Shown piece after piece: positions 18,087 through 28,895 of a stretch of 64,000 nt of DNA; the first letter of the stretch is position 1, and every line of letters begins with the position of its first letter. Location: the IMG/VR virus record IMGVR_UViG_3300030102_006934, positions 248,001-312,000 of that record; one strand, 5' to 3'. Position numbers and translations under genes: made by a program. The notes under the pieces were generated by a model. That model was given only the letters and a program-made list of their open reading frames with translations, was not told where the DNA came from and did no database searches.

Positions 18087-20822
18087 ATGGCTTGTATTAC
18101 AGAAGATTTAAATCCCTCAGTACCTATACTAGGTTGTACGGACCCAACAGCTACTAATTATAATGCTGATGCTAATACAGATGATGGTAGTTGTATATTT
18201 AATGAACCACAAATCTCTGGTTGTACAGACCCTACTGCCTCTAATTATAATCCAGAAGCTACTATACAACCAGACAATTGTGAATGTACGTATATTATTG
18301 ATGACTGTCCTACTGAGTTGGTTATAATCAACAACGTAATAAAAACCCCAGTTACCATAGATCCAGACGATGATTCAGCAGATGACGAATCTGACGTTGA
18401 GGCATTCAGTGTTCCAAATGAAAACACCTTCCAACCCCTAAGTATAACAACAAATCAACCAATACCAGAAGAATGTTGTACAAATACAAATCCAATACTA
18501 AATGAACTAGTAAATGGGCAAGAAGTTTTTTACAACCAAGAAACAGAAGAATGTGAATTAGTAACACCATTGGGTTGTCCAGAGAATATAACTGTTATAG
18601 ATGGGGTTCTTTATGGTGGTTCGGGTGATAATGTAAATCCAGTTAATGAAGATTGTTGTTCTAACGCAGAGGGCTTCACATACCAAAACAATTTCTTAAA
18701 TCCAAACGGCAGTTTAGGTGCTTGTGTAGAAGAAGTTAATTTTACAGAGGAAGATTGTAGTTTAACACTAGCCGATGTTTCTTATGTAAACAATACTGTG
18801 GTTTTTGATACTAGTCAACCATCAGAACCATTAGATCCTAATGAACCAGCTGGGTTTAATAATGAACCACAATTACTAAATATAAATCAAAACTCATCCC
18901 AAAACTGTTTCGCAATCGACTCATGGTATTTTAGAGATGTAACTAATTCTGACGAATTAACCAACCCACTTAATCCAAACGAAAATTTTTCTGGGGGTAC
19001 AAAATTATTAACTTTTTCAATTTCAGAATTGCCTAATATACAAATAGGGGGGCAAATAAGCAGTTTCGGTTTAACTACAAACCCAAACAGCTGTTTTTCA
19101 AATTCACAAAACGGAGAAAATATTAGTAACTTTTTAAATGGTACGTCCATTATTGTTGATATTAACCCAATTGTTGGAGAACTTGGTTTTATAATAACTA
19201 CCAATGTAGAGATAGGTAATTTCTTAAATGTTACAAATACAAGTGGATGTGAACCACAAACACAACAAAGTGCACAAGCTTGTTCAGTTGTTATAGATGT
19301 GAATACCCTTGACGCAGAGTCACCAAATCAATTACCAGAATTTGAAATAGATCCAGAAGTAGAATTACCTTCAGACCCATGTAACGTTGAGATACAACCA
19401 TCAACACCAGCACCAGGTAACCCATATCAAAATTTAAGTGAGGCTTGTTGTTCAGTTTTAGGTTCAGATTTAGGTTGGGAGTATTTAGATGGTGTATGTT
19501 ATTGGAACCCACCTACACCCACACCTACAGTTCAAATAGGTTTAAGTGAAACAGATATACAAGTTTTAGACCCAGATTGTACAAGTCTAACGGTTACGGC
19601 GTCTTTTTATTTAGAGAGACCAGATAGTAGTGATTGTGAGGCAAACGATGGGCAAGATATATCAGCATCTTTAGCAATTTATAGTGGTAACAACGTTAAT
19701 AACGCTTCAACAATGGTGGCAACACCACAACAAAGTTATTCACTTTCAAATAATGGTTATTGTCAGTGGACAACTATAACTAGTAATATAAACGTCAACG
19801 ACAACACACCATTTAAAGTTAAAGTAATTGTAGAAGGACTTAAAGAATGTTGTAATTATGATATATTTGTTGATGATATAGCCGTTAATTGTCAAAAACA
19901 AGACGTTATTGTTACGGAAGATTATACAACATGTCCTGGTTTTAATTTAACAAAAGTAATTGATAATAAAAAATCATGGGTTAGAAATACTGAGACACCG
20001 ATAAATAGAAAATTCGCACCAAGTCCTGATGCTGAATTACCTTGGAGGTATACCGATTACTTCCAACAATCTGGTGTTTATGAAAATGATAGTAGGTTGG
20101 TTTTAAACAGTAAAGAACTTTTTTTAAACTTTAACATGAAAAAAGTCCAACCTAAATGTCCTAGTGGATATACCCTTTTTAATAATCAATGTATTAAGCA
20201 AACAAGTTCATGTCCTAGTGGTTACACAGTTAGTGGTAGTACATGTGTTAGTGGTACAACTACAGTAGAACCGATAATTAAAAATAATTTTAAACCGATA
20301 AACTTAAACGGATGCCAAGAAGAACTCAGTATTTATGAGTTAATAAATTATAAAAAGAACTTTCAAAATTTTTGGGTTAAGTTTATAGAACAATTTGTTC
20401 CAGCCACCACAATATTTGTTTCTGGTGAAAAGTGGTCTAATAGAGAAGATGAAATATGTGAAGTATTAGAACCTTGTGATTATATAAATAATTTTAGTGA
20501 GTCAGGTTTAGGTTTAAACAGTACTAGTGGAATACCATCAGTACAAAGTACAAATAAAAATATAAACAAAAAGGCTAATGTGGTTTCTTCAAATGATAAG
20601 GTAACCTCAACAAAAAATGGTGATTATTCTGATAATAAAACAGACAAACCAATTTTATTCGACAATTTTAAAGCTTCTTTTTTAAAGAAAGATGATTCTA
20701 TTTTAACCTCTAGAAGATTGACTTTAAGAAGTGGTGAATTAGAATTACTTAAAAAGGGTCAGAAAAGTTACCAAAATAAGTTTAAAGAAAAAGTTTACAT
20801 ATTAGAGACTAATGAAAGTTAA
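18087..20822 (+). CDS. Large Cys-rich, acidic virion (baseplate/receptor-binding) protein
   Basis: Two GCTDPxAxNYN repeats, two CPSGYT repeats, many CC pairs; C-terminal FWVKFIEQFVPATTI. Confidence 0.65.
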   Translation: MACITEDLNPSVPILGCTDPTATNYNADANTDDGSCIFNEPQISGCTDPTASNYNPEATIQPDNCECTYIIDDCPTELVIINNVIKTPVTIDPDDDSADDESDVEAFSVPNENTFQPLSITTNQPIPEECCTNTNPILNELVNGQEVFYNQETEECELVTPLGCPENITVIDGVLYGGSGDNVNPVNEDCCSNAEGFTYQNNFLNPNGSLGACVEEVNFTEEDCSLTLADVSYVNNTVVFDTSQPSEPLDPNEPAGFNNEPQLLNINQNSSQNCFAIDSWYFRDVTNSDELTNPLNPNENFSGGTKLLTFSISELPNIQIGGQISSFGLTTNPNSCFSNSQNGENISNFLNGTSIIVDINPIVGELGFIITTNVEIGNFLNVTNTSGCEPQTQQSAQACSVVIDVNTLDAESPNQLPEFEIDPEVELPSDPCNVEIQPSTPAPGNPYQNLSEACCSVLGSDLGWEYLDGVCYWNPPTPTPTVQIGLSETDIQVLDPDCTSLTVTASFYLERPDSSDCEANDGQDISASLAIYSGNNVNNASTMVATPQQSYSLSNNGYCQWTTITSNINVNDNTPFKVKVIVEGLKECCNYDIFVDDIAVNCQKQDVIVTEDYTTCPGFNLTKVIDNKKSWVRNTETPINRKFAPSPDAELPWRYTDYFQQSGVYENDSRLVLNSKELFLNFNMKKVQPKCPSGYTLFNNQCIKQTSSCPSGYTVSGSTCVSGTTTVEPIIKNNFKPINLNGCQEELSIYELINYKKNFQNFWVKFIEQFVPATTIFVSGEKWSNREDEICEVLEPCDYINNFSESGLGLNSTSGIPSVQSTNKNINKKANVVSSNDKVTSTKNGDYSDNKTDKPILFDNFKASFLKKDDSILTSRRLTLRSGELELLKKGQKSYQNKFKEKVYILETNES
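18132..18251 (+). repeat. Intragenic tandem duplication (87-nt period) encoding GCTDP-A-NYN
   Basis: ggttgtacggacccaacagctactaattataat (18132) vs ggttgtacagaccctactgcctctaattataat (18219). Confidence 0.85.
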
Positions 20823-22914
20823 TAAAAGTATTAGATTAAGAACAGAACCTGGTTTAAGTAAAAATATAAGTTTCAAAATAGAACAAGAGTTCGACACTTT
20901 GGACTTTTTAAGTTTACAGATAACCCAACAAGAGGCTTATCGTGACTTTTGTTCAGATTATGGTGTTGTTGCTGGTAGAGTAATAGCAAACGATGGTTTT
21001 GGTGTTGCTAACGCTAAAGTCTGTATTTTTATACCTGTTACGGATGAGGACCTAGAAGACCCAATAATTAGTGAAATATACCCATATACCACACCAACCG
21101 ACACGGACAGTGACGGTGTTAGATATAATTTATTACCAAAAGTAGGTAGAAGATTTTTTATTAGGGTTAAGATAAATAATATAGGTGGACTACCCCAAAC
21201 TCCAACAGAATTTAGTGATGCCTATGCAATTACATCTTTAGGTACTTTCGTACCAGGTAGTTCTTGGGAAATTATCCCATCATTAAGTACCACTGGTTTT
21301 GCTGGGTATTCTATATACGAAAGAGAAGTTATAGCTAATACTGGACCACAAACCCCAGTAGGTACCTTTCCCAGTAAGTTTGAGACTTTGGATGATGATG
21401 TACTTTTAGAGGTGTATGAAAAATATTATAAATTAAGTACTAGAACAAATGAATCTGGTGATTATATGATATTTGGAGTACCTATTGGTACTAAAACAGT
21501 TCATATGGATGTAGACTTGAGTGATACAGGTTCAGTTAGTTTATCACCAGCCGATTTTATATCACAAGGATTTTCAGCGGATTTATTTACAGCTGATTTT
21601 GGTTTCCCTAGTAGTACTAATTTAGATTCTTTACCACAAATAGAATCACAAAATCTAGGGGTGGATGTTGTACCTTTTTGGGGTGACCTAGAACAATGTG
21701 AAATTGGTATTACTAGATTAGATTTTAATTTAAATAAAAAAATAGTCCCATCATCCCTATTAGTATTTCAGGCATTCACACAAAAAGATAGTGCAGGATT
21801 TATGAAAGTAGATACTAACGGTATTGGTGATAGTAATGTTAATAATTATACTGATATATCTAATATGGAACCTTTAGACGTGACCGTTGCCTGTACCAGA
21901 GGTGCTATTGATTCTGATATAAAACAGCAAGTACAATTTGAGGATGGTAATGTTATTTTACCATTACCTATGTACTCAGACTTCAAAGTCACTAATGAGT
22001 TTGGTGAACTAGTAGACGGAGCAGATGGTAAGGGAGTACCAACTGGTGGTTTATACTCTACATTTGTATGGGGTACTCAAACTAGACATGTTGGTAGTCA
22101 AAAAGATAGAGGTACAGCCTTACACAACATTTACTATGTAAAATATAGGTATGATTTATTAAATAGAAAAAGATTAATTTATACCCCTGGTATCTGTATT
22201 TTAAGTAAAGACGAAGCGACAAAAATAAAAGGTTTAACCTCACTACCTAGGTTATCTTACCCTACAAATAACTCAACTAGTGGTGGTAATGTCTTTGGTA
22301 CAATATCAGAGACTAATGAAATAGGTCCAGAGGGGTTACCAATCAGTTTTAATTTCTACGATTCACCAGTTTTTGGATCTTTATATTTCCCAAAACACAG
22401 ACAAAAGAGTAACGGAAGTGTAAATGGAAACGTATCATTCCAAAATGAAAGTTACGGTCAGTTTGGTGGTTCTGCTACAGTACACGTTTATGGTCGAACA
22501 CCATACGCGGTGGGTGTTTTGGATATAACAGATATTTTAGATACATTCGCCCCTTTCGGAAATATTGCACCTACCAGTGCAAATAACGGATTATATGGAG
22601 ACCCACCTGCCCCAACAAGTCCAGATACATTCATTCCTCAAGGTAACCAAACCCTTCTGTTTAGAGGTGATAACGAATCAAATAATGGGGGGATAGAGTT
22701 TCCGAATAGACTAAATACTTTACAAACACAAAATATAACTGATAATGGATTTGCGATTATAAACCCAAATAACGGAGATGGTAACGCAACTAGATTACAC
22801 ATGAATGAAGGATCTAGTGGACAATTTAGTAAAAGAGGTAGGTATTATTTCTATTTTGGTTTAAAAGAAAACAATAATATTTTAAAAAGTTTAAAAACAT
22901 ATCTAGGTGAGTAA
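20812..22914 (+). CDS. Putative virion structural protein
   Basis: 700 aa; YGVVAGRVIANDGFGVANAKVCIFIP resembles a carboxypeptidase-regulatory-like beta-sandwich. Confidence 0.6.
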   Translation: MKVNKSIRLRTEPGLSKNISFKIEQEFDTLDFLSLQITQQEAYRDFCSDYGVVAGRVIANDGFGVANAKVCIFIPVTDEDLEDPIISEIYPYTTPTDTDSDGVRYNLLPKVGRRFFIRVKINNIGGLPQTPTEFSDAYAITSLGTFVPGSSWEIIPSLSTTGFAGYSIYEREVIANTGPQTPVGTFPSKFETLDDDVLLEVYEKYYKLSTRTNESGDYMIFGVPIGTKTVHMDVDLSDTGSVSLSPADFISQGFSADLFTADFGFPSSTNLDSLPQIESQNLGVDVVPFWGDLEQCEIGITRLDFNLNKKIVPSSLLVFQAFTQKDSAGFMKVDTNGIGDSNVNNYTDISNMEPLDVTVACTRGAIDSDIKQQVQFEDGNVILPLPMYSDFKVTNEFGELVDGADGKGVPTGGLYSTFVWGTQTRHVGSQKDRGTALHNIYYVKYRYDLLNRKRLIYTPGICILSKDEATKIKGLTSLPRLSYPTNNSTSGGNVFGTISETNEIGPEGLPISFNFYDSPVFGSLYFPKHRQKSNGSVNGNVSFQNESYGQFGGSATVHVYGRTPYAVGVLDITDILDTFAPFGNIAPTSANNGLYGDPPAPTSPDTFIPQGNQTLLFRGDNESNNGGIEFPNRLNTLQTQNITDNGFAIINPNNGDGNATRLHMNEGSSGQFSKRGRYYFYFGLKENNNILKSLKTYLGE

Positions 22915-24892
22915 TGTAGATTATAATATAAAAATTTTAACACCTTCTTTAAAGAATGCTTTAGCTCTGCCTGAACAAAACTTTATTCCTTTAGAAATAA
23001 AATCTAAGAGAGCTCTATTAGAACCAGATAAAATTATAAAAGTTATAGACGCTTTCGAACAAACAAATATAGAAAGAAATGAGGTTAAAAAATATAGGAT
23101 AAATGGTAAGTTAAATATATTAACTGATAATAACATTATACCTGGTAATAGTTTAAGTGGTATTTTACCACAAGAAGCTTGGGACCCCACTAAATTAGAT
23201 AATACCTTTTTATATAGTAATTGGGCTTTTCAAATAACGTACCCCAGAAGTAAAGATAATACTAGATTATTAAATACGGCGGGGTACCCACAAGTATATT
23301 TTCAAAACCCAGTAGCTTCTAGTAAAGCTTATCAGGGTTTCCATATTACACAACTAATACCATACAGTACTACCCTTGGACCAATTGAAGGACTACCACA
23401 GGTGGGTGTAAAATATAAAGTTTTGGTTAGAACATCACAAAAACACGGTGTTGAAAATATAGGTGATTTTATTTACCTAAGTCCCCAAGTAGGGTTGACA
23501 GCAATAAATAGTTATCAATATTTAGGTTATCACAGAGTTCTTGATTTTGAAGTTGGTAACGAAGATTATGGTTTGGTTTTAGATTTAGAGTATATAATTG
23601 AAGGTTTCGGTGGTATCCCAACACAACCCTCCCCTTTCTTCGCTCTTGGTAAAACAGTATTTCAACCCTCCGCTGATGATATTGTTTTTTTGGGTAGTAA
23701 AAATATAACAACAATAAGGAGATCTAATAGGGTTGGTGATAACACAACAACCCCTCTAGAATATATAAAAATATATAGTGAAAAACACGGCCTAAAGGTA
23801 AACGATTTTATTGAACTTAGAAACAGTGAGAATGATCCAATAAACAATCTATATAAAATAGTCTCCACCCCAAACATAAACGAGTTTGTTATTCAATACG
23901 AATATGATGATACAACTCTTGATTTTATAGATGTAGATTTAAATTATAGATTCTGTGATGGTACTCCATCAGAATATTATTATTTAGATTTAGAAGTAAT
24001 AACCGAATTAACAGATTTTGAGATATATAACGCTGGGTTTTCAATTAATGTATTTGATGACCCTTATTCTGAAAAAAATTATCTATATCACTTTAATGGT
24101 GAAATAGATTTAGAAAATTTAAGGGACAATTTAAATAGACCTATAAGTGAACTTTATTTAACAATAACTAAAAGAGCTGGTGTTTTAACTGGTGGTACTT
24201 TCAACGGAACAAGTGCTTGGTCAGATGTATACAGTATTTTGGATTCTAATAAAAGCATTCAAAACAATAACAACCCATATGATATAAATAACGAATCACC
24301 CGAAAAATTACAATTCCTATCTTTTTGGAACAATGGTAATCCCGCAAATGGTAACAACCCCAACACGGCGGGGTCTATCACAAAATCTAATGTGGGTGAT
24401 AGATATATCGGAGACTTTGTTACTTACAATAGGTCTACTTTAACAGAAAAGACATTATCTAATGTACTGGGTAGAGCCGGTATTGTACAAGCAATAAAGG
24501 TATATGATGGTTCAGGTAATCAGATAGACGAAGACTATAAAGATTATGATGGTTATACCTATCAGTTACACAATAAGTTTAAAATAAGAGATTTCTCAGA
24601 CGCTATAGAAACAGTACCTAACAAAGACAATGAGATATATCCAGATTATGCTCAAATAAATAATGATGGTACATTATCTTGGAAAGATTTATTAACTGTT
24701 GGTTTCTTGGAATCGTCTAATAATAAAACATTGGGGGTTGATTATCCCTTTGTTAATGGAAAGCATTATTTATATGTGGACACGCCTATTTATATGAGAA
24801 GACAATTACCAACACAAATAGGTGAAGAAAGTTTAAATAGAACTAGATACGTTAAATTTGATACAGATAAAACACCTAATGATGAATGTTAA
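22907..24892 (+). CDS. Putative virion structural protein
   Basis: 661 aa, GTG start overlapping the previous stop, beta-rich composition. Confidence 0.6.
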   Translation: MSNVDYNIKILTPSLKNALALPEQNFIPLEIKSKRALLEPDKIIKVIDAFEQTNIERNEVKKYRINGKLNILTDNNIIPGNSLSGILPQEAWDPTKLDNTFLYSNWAFQITYPRSKDNTRLLNTAGYPQVYFQNPVASSKAYQGFHITQLIPYSTTLGPIEGLPQVGVKYKVLVRTSQKHGVENIGDFIYLSPQVGLTAINSYQYLGYHRVLDFEVGNEDYGLVLDLEYIIEGFGGIPTQPSPFFALGKTVFQPSADDIVFLGSKNITTIRRSNRVGDNTTTPLEYIKIYSEKHGLKVNDFIELRNSENDPINNLYKIVSTPNINEFVIQYEYDDTTLDFIDVDLNYRFCDGTPSEYYYLDLEVITELTDFEIYNAGFSINVFDDPYSEKNYLYHFNGEIDLENLRDNLNRPISELYLTITKRAGVLTGGTFNGTSAWSDVYSILDSNKSIQNNNNPYDINNESPEKLQFLSFWNNGNPANGNNPNTAGSITKSNVGDRYIGDFVTYNRSTLTEKTLSNVLGRAGIVQAIKVYDGSGNQIDEDYKDYDGYTYQLHNKFKIRDFSDAIETVPNKDNEIYPDYAQINNDGTLSWKDLLTVGFLESSNNKTLGVDYPFVNGKHYLYVDTPIYMRRQLPTQIGEESLNRTRYVKFDTDKTPNDEC

Positions 24893-24904
24893 AATTAAAG
24901 TTCT

Positions 24905-26581
24905 ATGAGTTTATGTAAACAAAATACAATACCTTCAATACCTTTGGACGAATTAGTAGTTCAGGAGATAAAAAAAGATTATGGACTATTCCCAATAAAC
25001 AACATCAATAGTGGTGTTAATATATGTACCGAAATTTTTAATGGACCTTTATATACCTCTAATTTAACTAAAATAATGACAGGGTTAACAGAAACATCAA
25101 AAGGTGTTTTCAACGTTAGTAACTCTAGTATGAGTTTCGATTATATTTTTACTGGTAACGTAGAAACCTTAAGTGCTTACACTGGTGATTTCCAATTTCA
25201 AATATACCCTAGAGTAACACAAGGAGAGGAGATACAATCAGCTCCGCTAGCACCAAATACAAATGCCATACTAGAGGAACCTAAAGTATTTAATAGTATA
25301 CCAACCTTTACAGGTTCAACAGAATTTAGTGCCATAACAGCTAATAGTTATTCTGGTTCTACCCTACTAATAGACCAAAAAAATGGGGTGACACTCAGAC
25401 TACCACTAAAAGACGAAGAATATCTTTTAAATAGTAATTTTAGTTTTATTCAAAAGAATTGTTTTTATCGTGATAGATATACTGAAGATAATTTAGGTAA
25501 TACTTATTCTTCTGGTAGTAGTTTATATTTTGTAACTTTATTAAATCCAGAAGAACCTATTTTAGGACCATTTAAAACTGATGAACCTAATTTAACCCCA
25601 CAAAGTTTACTAGTTACTAGGAGTAATTTTAGTGATGAAAACCTTTCCGAAGGTGAAAATCCAGTTTATAGATTTGCTATACCCACTAAAGAAGATTTAG
25701 ATACTACTTGTAGACTTGTAAATGAAACCTTAACCATATCACCTATAGATGGTTCAGTATTTAGCATTAATACCAAACCATCGTCTAACACATTACTAAT
25801 ATCTGTTAATGGTATTACTCTAAGTAAATCTGATTATTCTATAAGTGCTGACACTATAATACAATTAACACAAACTCTAGATCCTAACAAAGATATTATT
25901 AGTGCTAGTTATTTAGATTGTCAAGAAGACTTAGATAGTATATATTCTGAACAATATAAAGTATTATCTGCCGTAACTAGTGGTGTTACTTCGGCAGTTA
26001 CTACAACTGATAAAGTTTATTTTAACACAGAACAAAGTAGGTATGAATATTATTTAGATTATGTACCCAATAATCCAGATAGTGAGATGACATTATTCTT
26101 AAACGGTGTTAAATTAACTTTTGGCATTGATTATTATATGAGTGTTTCAGTGGAAAATAGGGTTATTTTTAATAGTTTACCTTTAGTCGTTAATGACATA
26201 ATTTACATCGTTTATTCGTTAGATGGTAAAATAGAGGGTGATTACGAAGTCGTAATAAAAGAAAGTACTTTAGAGTGGAAAGTACCCAATGAACCAATTG
26301 TTGATGAAAGGTCAGACGGTAAGTTCATTGTAGACATAACGGAAAGTAATGATCCAAAATTTACTTCGACTGGTGTGACTACAGGTATTACAGTTAACTA
26401 CAGAGTTAATATTAAAGATTATAGCATACCAATACCACAAGATTTAGAAGCTAATAAAGATTATATATGGAGAGTTACCAGTAAAAAGGTTTATTCTGGC
26501 ATATTAGACAATATATTTACAACAAGTAATGTTAGTAGAGTTGGTAAGTTCTCAACAAATAATAAGATAAATTCTTACTAA
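24905..26581 (+). CDS. Putative tail/baseplate protein with two VNG..L....DY Ig-like repeats
   Basis: ISVNGITLSKSDY..DIISASY and LFLNGVKLTFGIDY..DIIYIVY. Confidence 0.6.
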   Translation: MSLCKQNTIPSIPLDELVVQEIKKDYGLFPINNINSGVNICTEIFNGPLYTSNLTKIMTGLTETSKGVFNVSNSSMSFDYIFTGNVETLSAYTGDFQFQIYPRVTQGEEIQSAPLAPNTNAILEEPKVFNSIPTFTGSTEFSAITANSYSGSTLLIDQKNGVTLRLPLKDEEYLLNSNFSFIQKNCFYRDRYTEDNLGNTYSSGSSLYFVTLLNPEEPILGPFKTDEPNLTPQSLLVTRSNFSDENLSEGENPVYRFAIPTKEDLDTTCRLVNETLTISPIDGSVFSINTKPSSNTLLISVNGITLSKSDYSISADTIIQLTQTLDPNKDIISASYLDCQEDLDSIYSEQYKVLSAVTSGVTSAVTTTDKVYFNTEQSRYEYYLDYVPNNPDSEMTLFLNGVKLTFGIDYYMSVSVENRVIFNSLPLVVNDIIYIVYSLDGKIEGDYEVVIKESTLEWKVPNEPIVDERSDGKFIVDITESNDPKFTSTGVTTGITVNYRVNIKDYSIPIPQDLEANKDYIWRVTSKKVYSGILDNIFTTSNVSRVGKFSTNNKINSY

Positions 26582-26598
26582 GACTATATTTATAAGAG

Positions 26599-28668
26599 AT
26601 GAGTTATATAAGTAAAAATACGGGAGCGTTTGTTAACGCTAGATTAACAGATAAAGGTAGAGAACTTTTATCTATTGGACAACTAAATTTCACAACATAT
26701 AGGTTGGGTGATTCGGAAGTTGATTATAGTACTTTAGGTGCGAATTATGATTTGGCTTTAGAAAATATATTAAAACCAAAATCTAACCAACCTAATATAA
26801 AAACAGCTATACTACCAACTAGTAACGCGATAACACCAAACGTATCTATTTCATCACTACAACCAATAGAATTAACTAATGTTATTAACTCACCCGAAAA
26901 AGGATTTTTTGAGTATTTTAGTGGAGCGACACCAATAGAGTTTACAGCTTACACAAACTCTAACTATGTTGTACAGGCAGATACTTTCATTTCAATACCC
27001 AACATGGATGGTTCCAATATTGTTAATATATCACAGGGGCCTAGTTACCAATCGGGTAGTACTGAACCCTCTGTTGGTGATTATATGTTGGTTAAAATGA
27101 GTAACCCAGACTTACTAAGTACACAAACTAAAGGTGTCGTTGAGGTTGACTCACCAGTACCTTATCTTTGGTATAAAGTACAATCATTGAGTGGTACTGT
27201 TTCTGCTGATACACTTCAGGTAACTGTAGATAGAAACTTACCTAATTTTAGTAGTTCACCATCAACTAACAGAGCATTAACTTTATTTTATCCAGGTCCA
27301 GCAAGTGGTTACACTTTTGACACTGGTATATATTCTGGTGGTACTGTGTGGAACATGAATAATGTTTGGTCTGATAATATTATAGGTGTTGATACTTCGG
27401 TTTATGAAAGTTTTGCTAATTATGGTTCAGAATCTTTCGTAGGTTCTAAAGAGTATTATGGTTATACATCAGAATTACAATTAGACGATGATGCAGATGG
27501 TTTTTCTAATAACATAAATTCAATATCTATACTACACTACTCTAACTCTGAAAGTTGTGAAAATCAACCAGAGAAAATATATGGACAAAAATTTTATGTA
27601 GACACAACCATTAATCAGACACCAGTGGTTAAAATGCCTACTTTGATGTGGCACAGAAGAGAATTTTCTGGTTCTGGGACTGCTGACTTAATTGGTTATA
27701 ATTTTATAACTACAGGTAGTACAGAAGCGGTAACCTTAAATGGAAGTGTTACCGACATAAAATATTACAACTTAGTAGACCCAAACACACCAACTATTTC
27801 TGTAGGTAGATTGTTCCCAGACTTACAAACTATAACTTTAGATAATCAAGAATTAGTCGCAGCTTTATCCTATAAATCTAATAGGAATTGGACTTTACCA
27901 ACATTAGAGTATGGTTTAACAACTAATACAAATGGTTTCTTTAGTCAAACACAAGATGTTTATATCACCTACTTATTGTCTAATGGTGGGACTGGTTACA
28001 CAACAGGACTACATTGTCAAAACGTAACACCAGTTGTTTTTGGTGGTGTTAATAATGATCCTTGTACCCCAGACGCTTCTAGAAAAGACATAGATGTAAT
28101 ATTCCCAACAGGACAACTACCATATATGATGGCTTCAGGTGGTACTGGTTGGTACGCTGACACTTTCGAATTACTAGTACAAAGGGTAACGTCAGGTACA
28201 GCACCTAACCCAGCCAATTGGACTAAAATAGATTATACATCTACAATAAATGGTCATACACTAGGTAATAAAATAGATGCAAATAGTTTAGAAAGTACTA
28301 CCTATACTATAACAGAAGACCTGTTCACCAATAGTGGTTCAACATTTAATTTAGATGATTACATTAATATACCAGAAATAGGTGAAACAGAAATATTACA
28401 ATTTGGTGATGAGTATTTCTTTTATGGTAACATGGAAGCTTCTGGTATTGAAACTAAATATAGAACCCTATTTAATTTTACCATACCACCCACACAATTT
28501 AATAATTCAACAAACCCTACTTTCGTTAATAGTGGTAAAAATGTACATATTTCTGAATTGGGTGTGTATGATAACGTTGGTAATTTGGTGGCTATAGGTA
28601 AGTTTATAACACCTATTGAAAAAACAAATGTAACAACGATAATATTAGAAGTAGCTTTAGATTTTTAA
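26599..28668 (+). CDS. Tail-fibre/collar attachment-like protein (DUF3751-like N and C halves)
   Basis: N-terminal ARLTDKGRELL..GDSEVDY and C-terminal ISELGVYDNVGNLVAIGK..PIEK; own ATATTTATA motif. Confidence 0.6.
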   Translation: MSYISKNTGAFVNARLTDKGRELLSIGQLNFTTYRLGDSEVDYSTLGANYDLALENILKPKSNQPNIKTAILPTSNAITPNVSISSLQPIELTNVINSPEKGFFEYFSGATPIEFTAYTNSNYVVQADTFISIPNMDGSNIVNISQGPSYQSGSTEPSVGDYMLVKMSNPDLLSTQTKGVVEVDSPVPYLWYKVQSLSGTVSADTLQVTVDRNLPNFSSSPSTNRALTLFYPGPASGYTFDTGIYSGGTVWNMNNVWSDNIIGVDTSVYESFANYGSESFVGSKEYYGYTSELQLDDDADGFSNNINSISILHYSNSESCENQPEKIYGQKFYVDTTINQTPVVKMPTLMWHRREFSGSGTADLIGYNFITTGSTEAVTLNGSVTDIKYYNLVDPNTPTISVGRLFPDLQTITLDNQELVAALSYKSNRNWTLPTLEYGLTTNTNGFFSQTQDVYITYLLSNGGTGYTTGLHCQNVTPVVFGGVNNDPCTPDASRKDIDVIFPTGQLPYMMASGGTGWYADTFELLVQRVTSGTAPNPANWTKIDYTSTINGHTLGNKIDANSLESTTYTITEDLFTNSGSTFNLDDYINIPEIGETEILQFGDEYFFYGNMEASGIETKYRTLFNFTIPPTQFNNSTNPTFVNSGKNVHISELGVYDNVGNLVAIGKFITPIEKTNVTTIILEVALDF

Positions 28669-28892
28669 TGGCGTTTGTTAACATAAATAAAAAAGTTAGG
28701 TTAATCTTAACCGAGTATGGTAAAGAAAAACTAATAAATAGTGGAGATATAGGATTCAAGTATTTTAGTTTTTCAGACGATGGTGTTAGGTATGACATAA
28801 TAAATGAACCAAGTATAGTGATAGAAACACAGGGTAATTCTGACACTACACTATACAATGGTAATAAAAGTCCTATAATATATAAAAATTAA
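28668..28892 (+). CDS. Small paralog of the N-terminal half of 26599
   Basis: LILTEYGKEKLINSG..FKYFSFSDDGVRY. Confidence 0.65.
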   Translation: MAFVNINKKVRLILTEYGKEKLINSGDIGFKYFSFSDDGVRYDIINEPSIVIETQGNSDTTLYNGNKSPIIYKN

Positions 28893-28895
28893 AAA

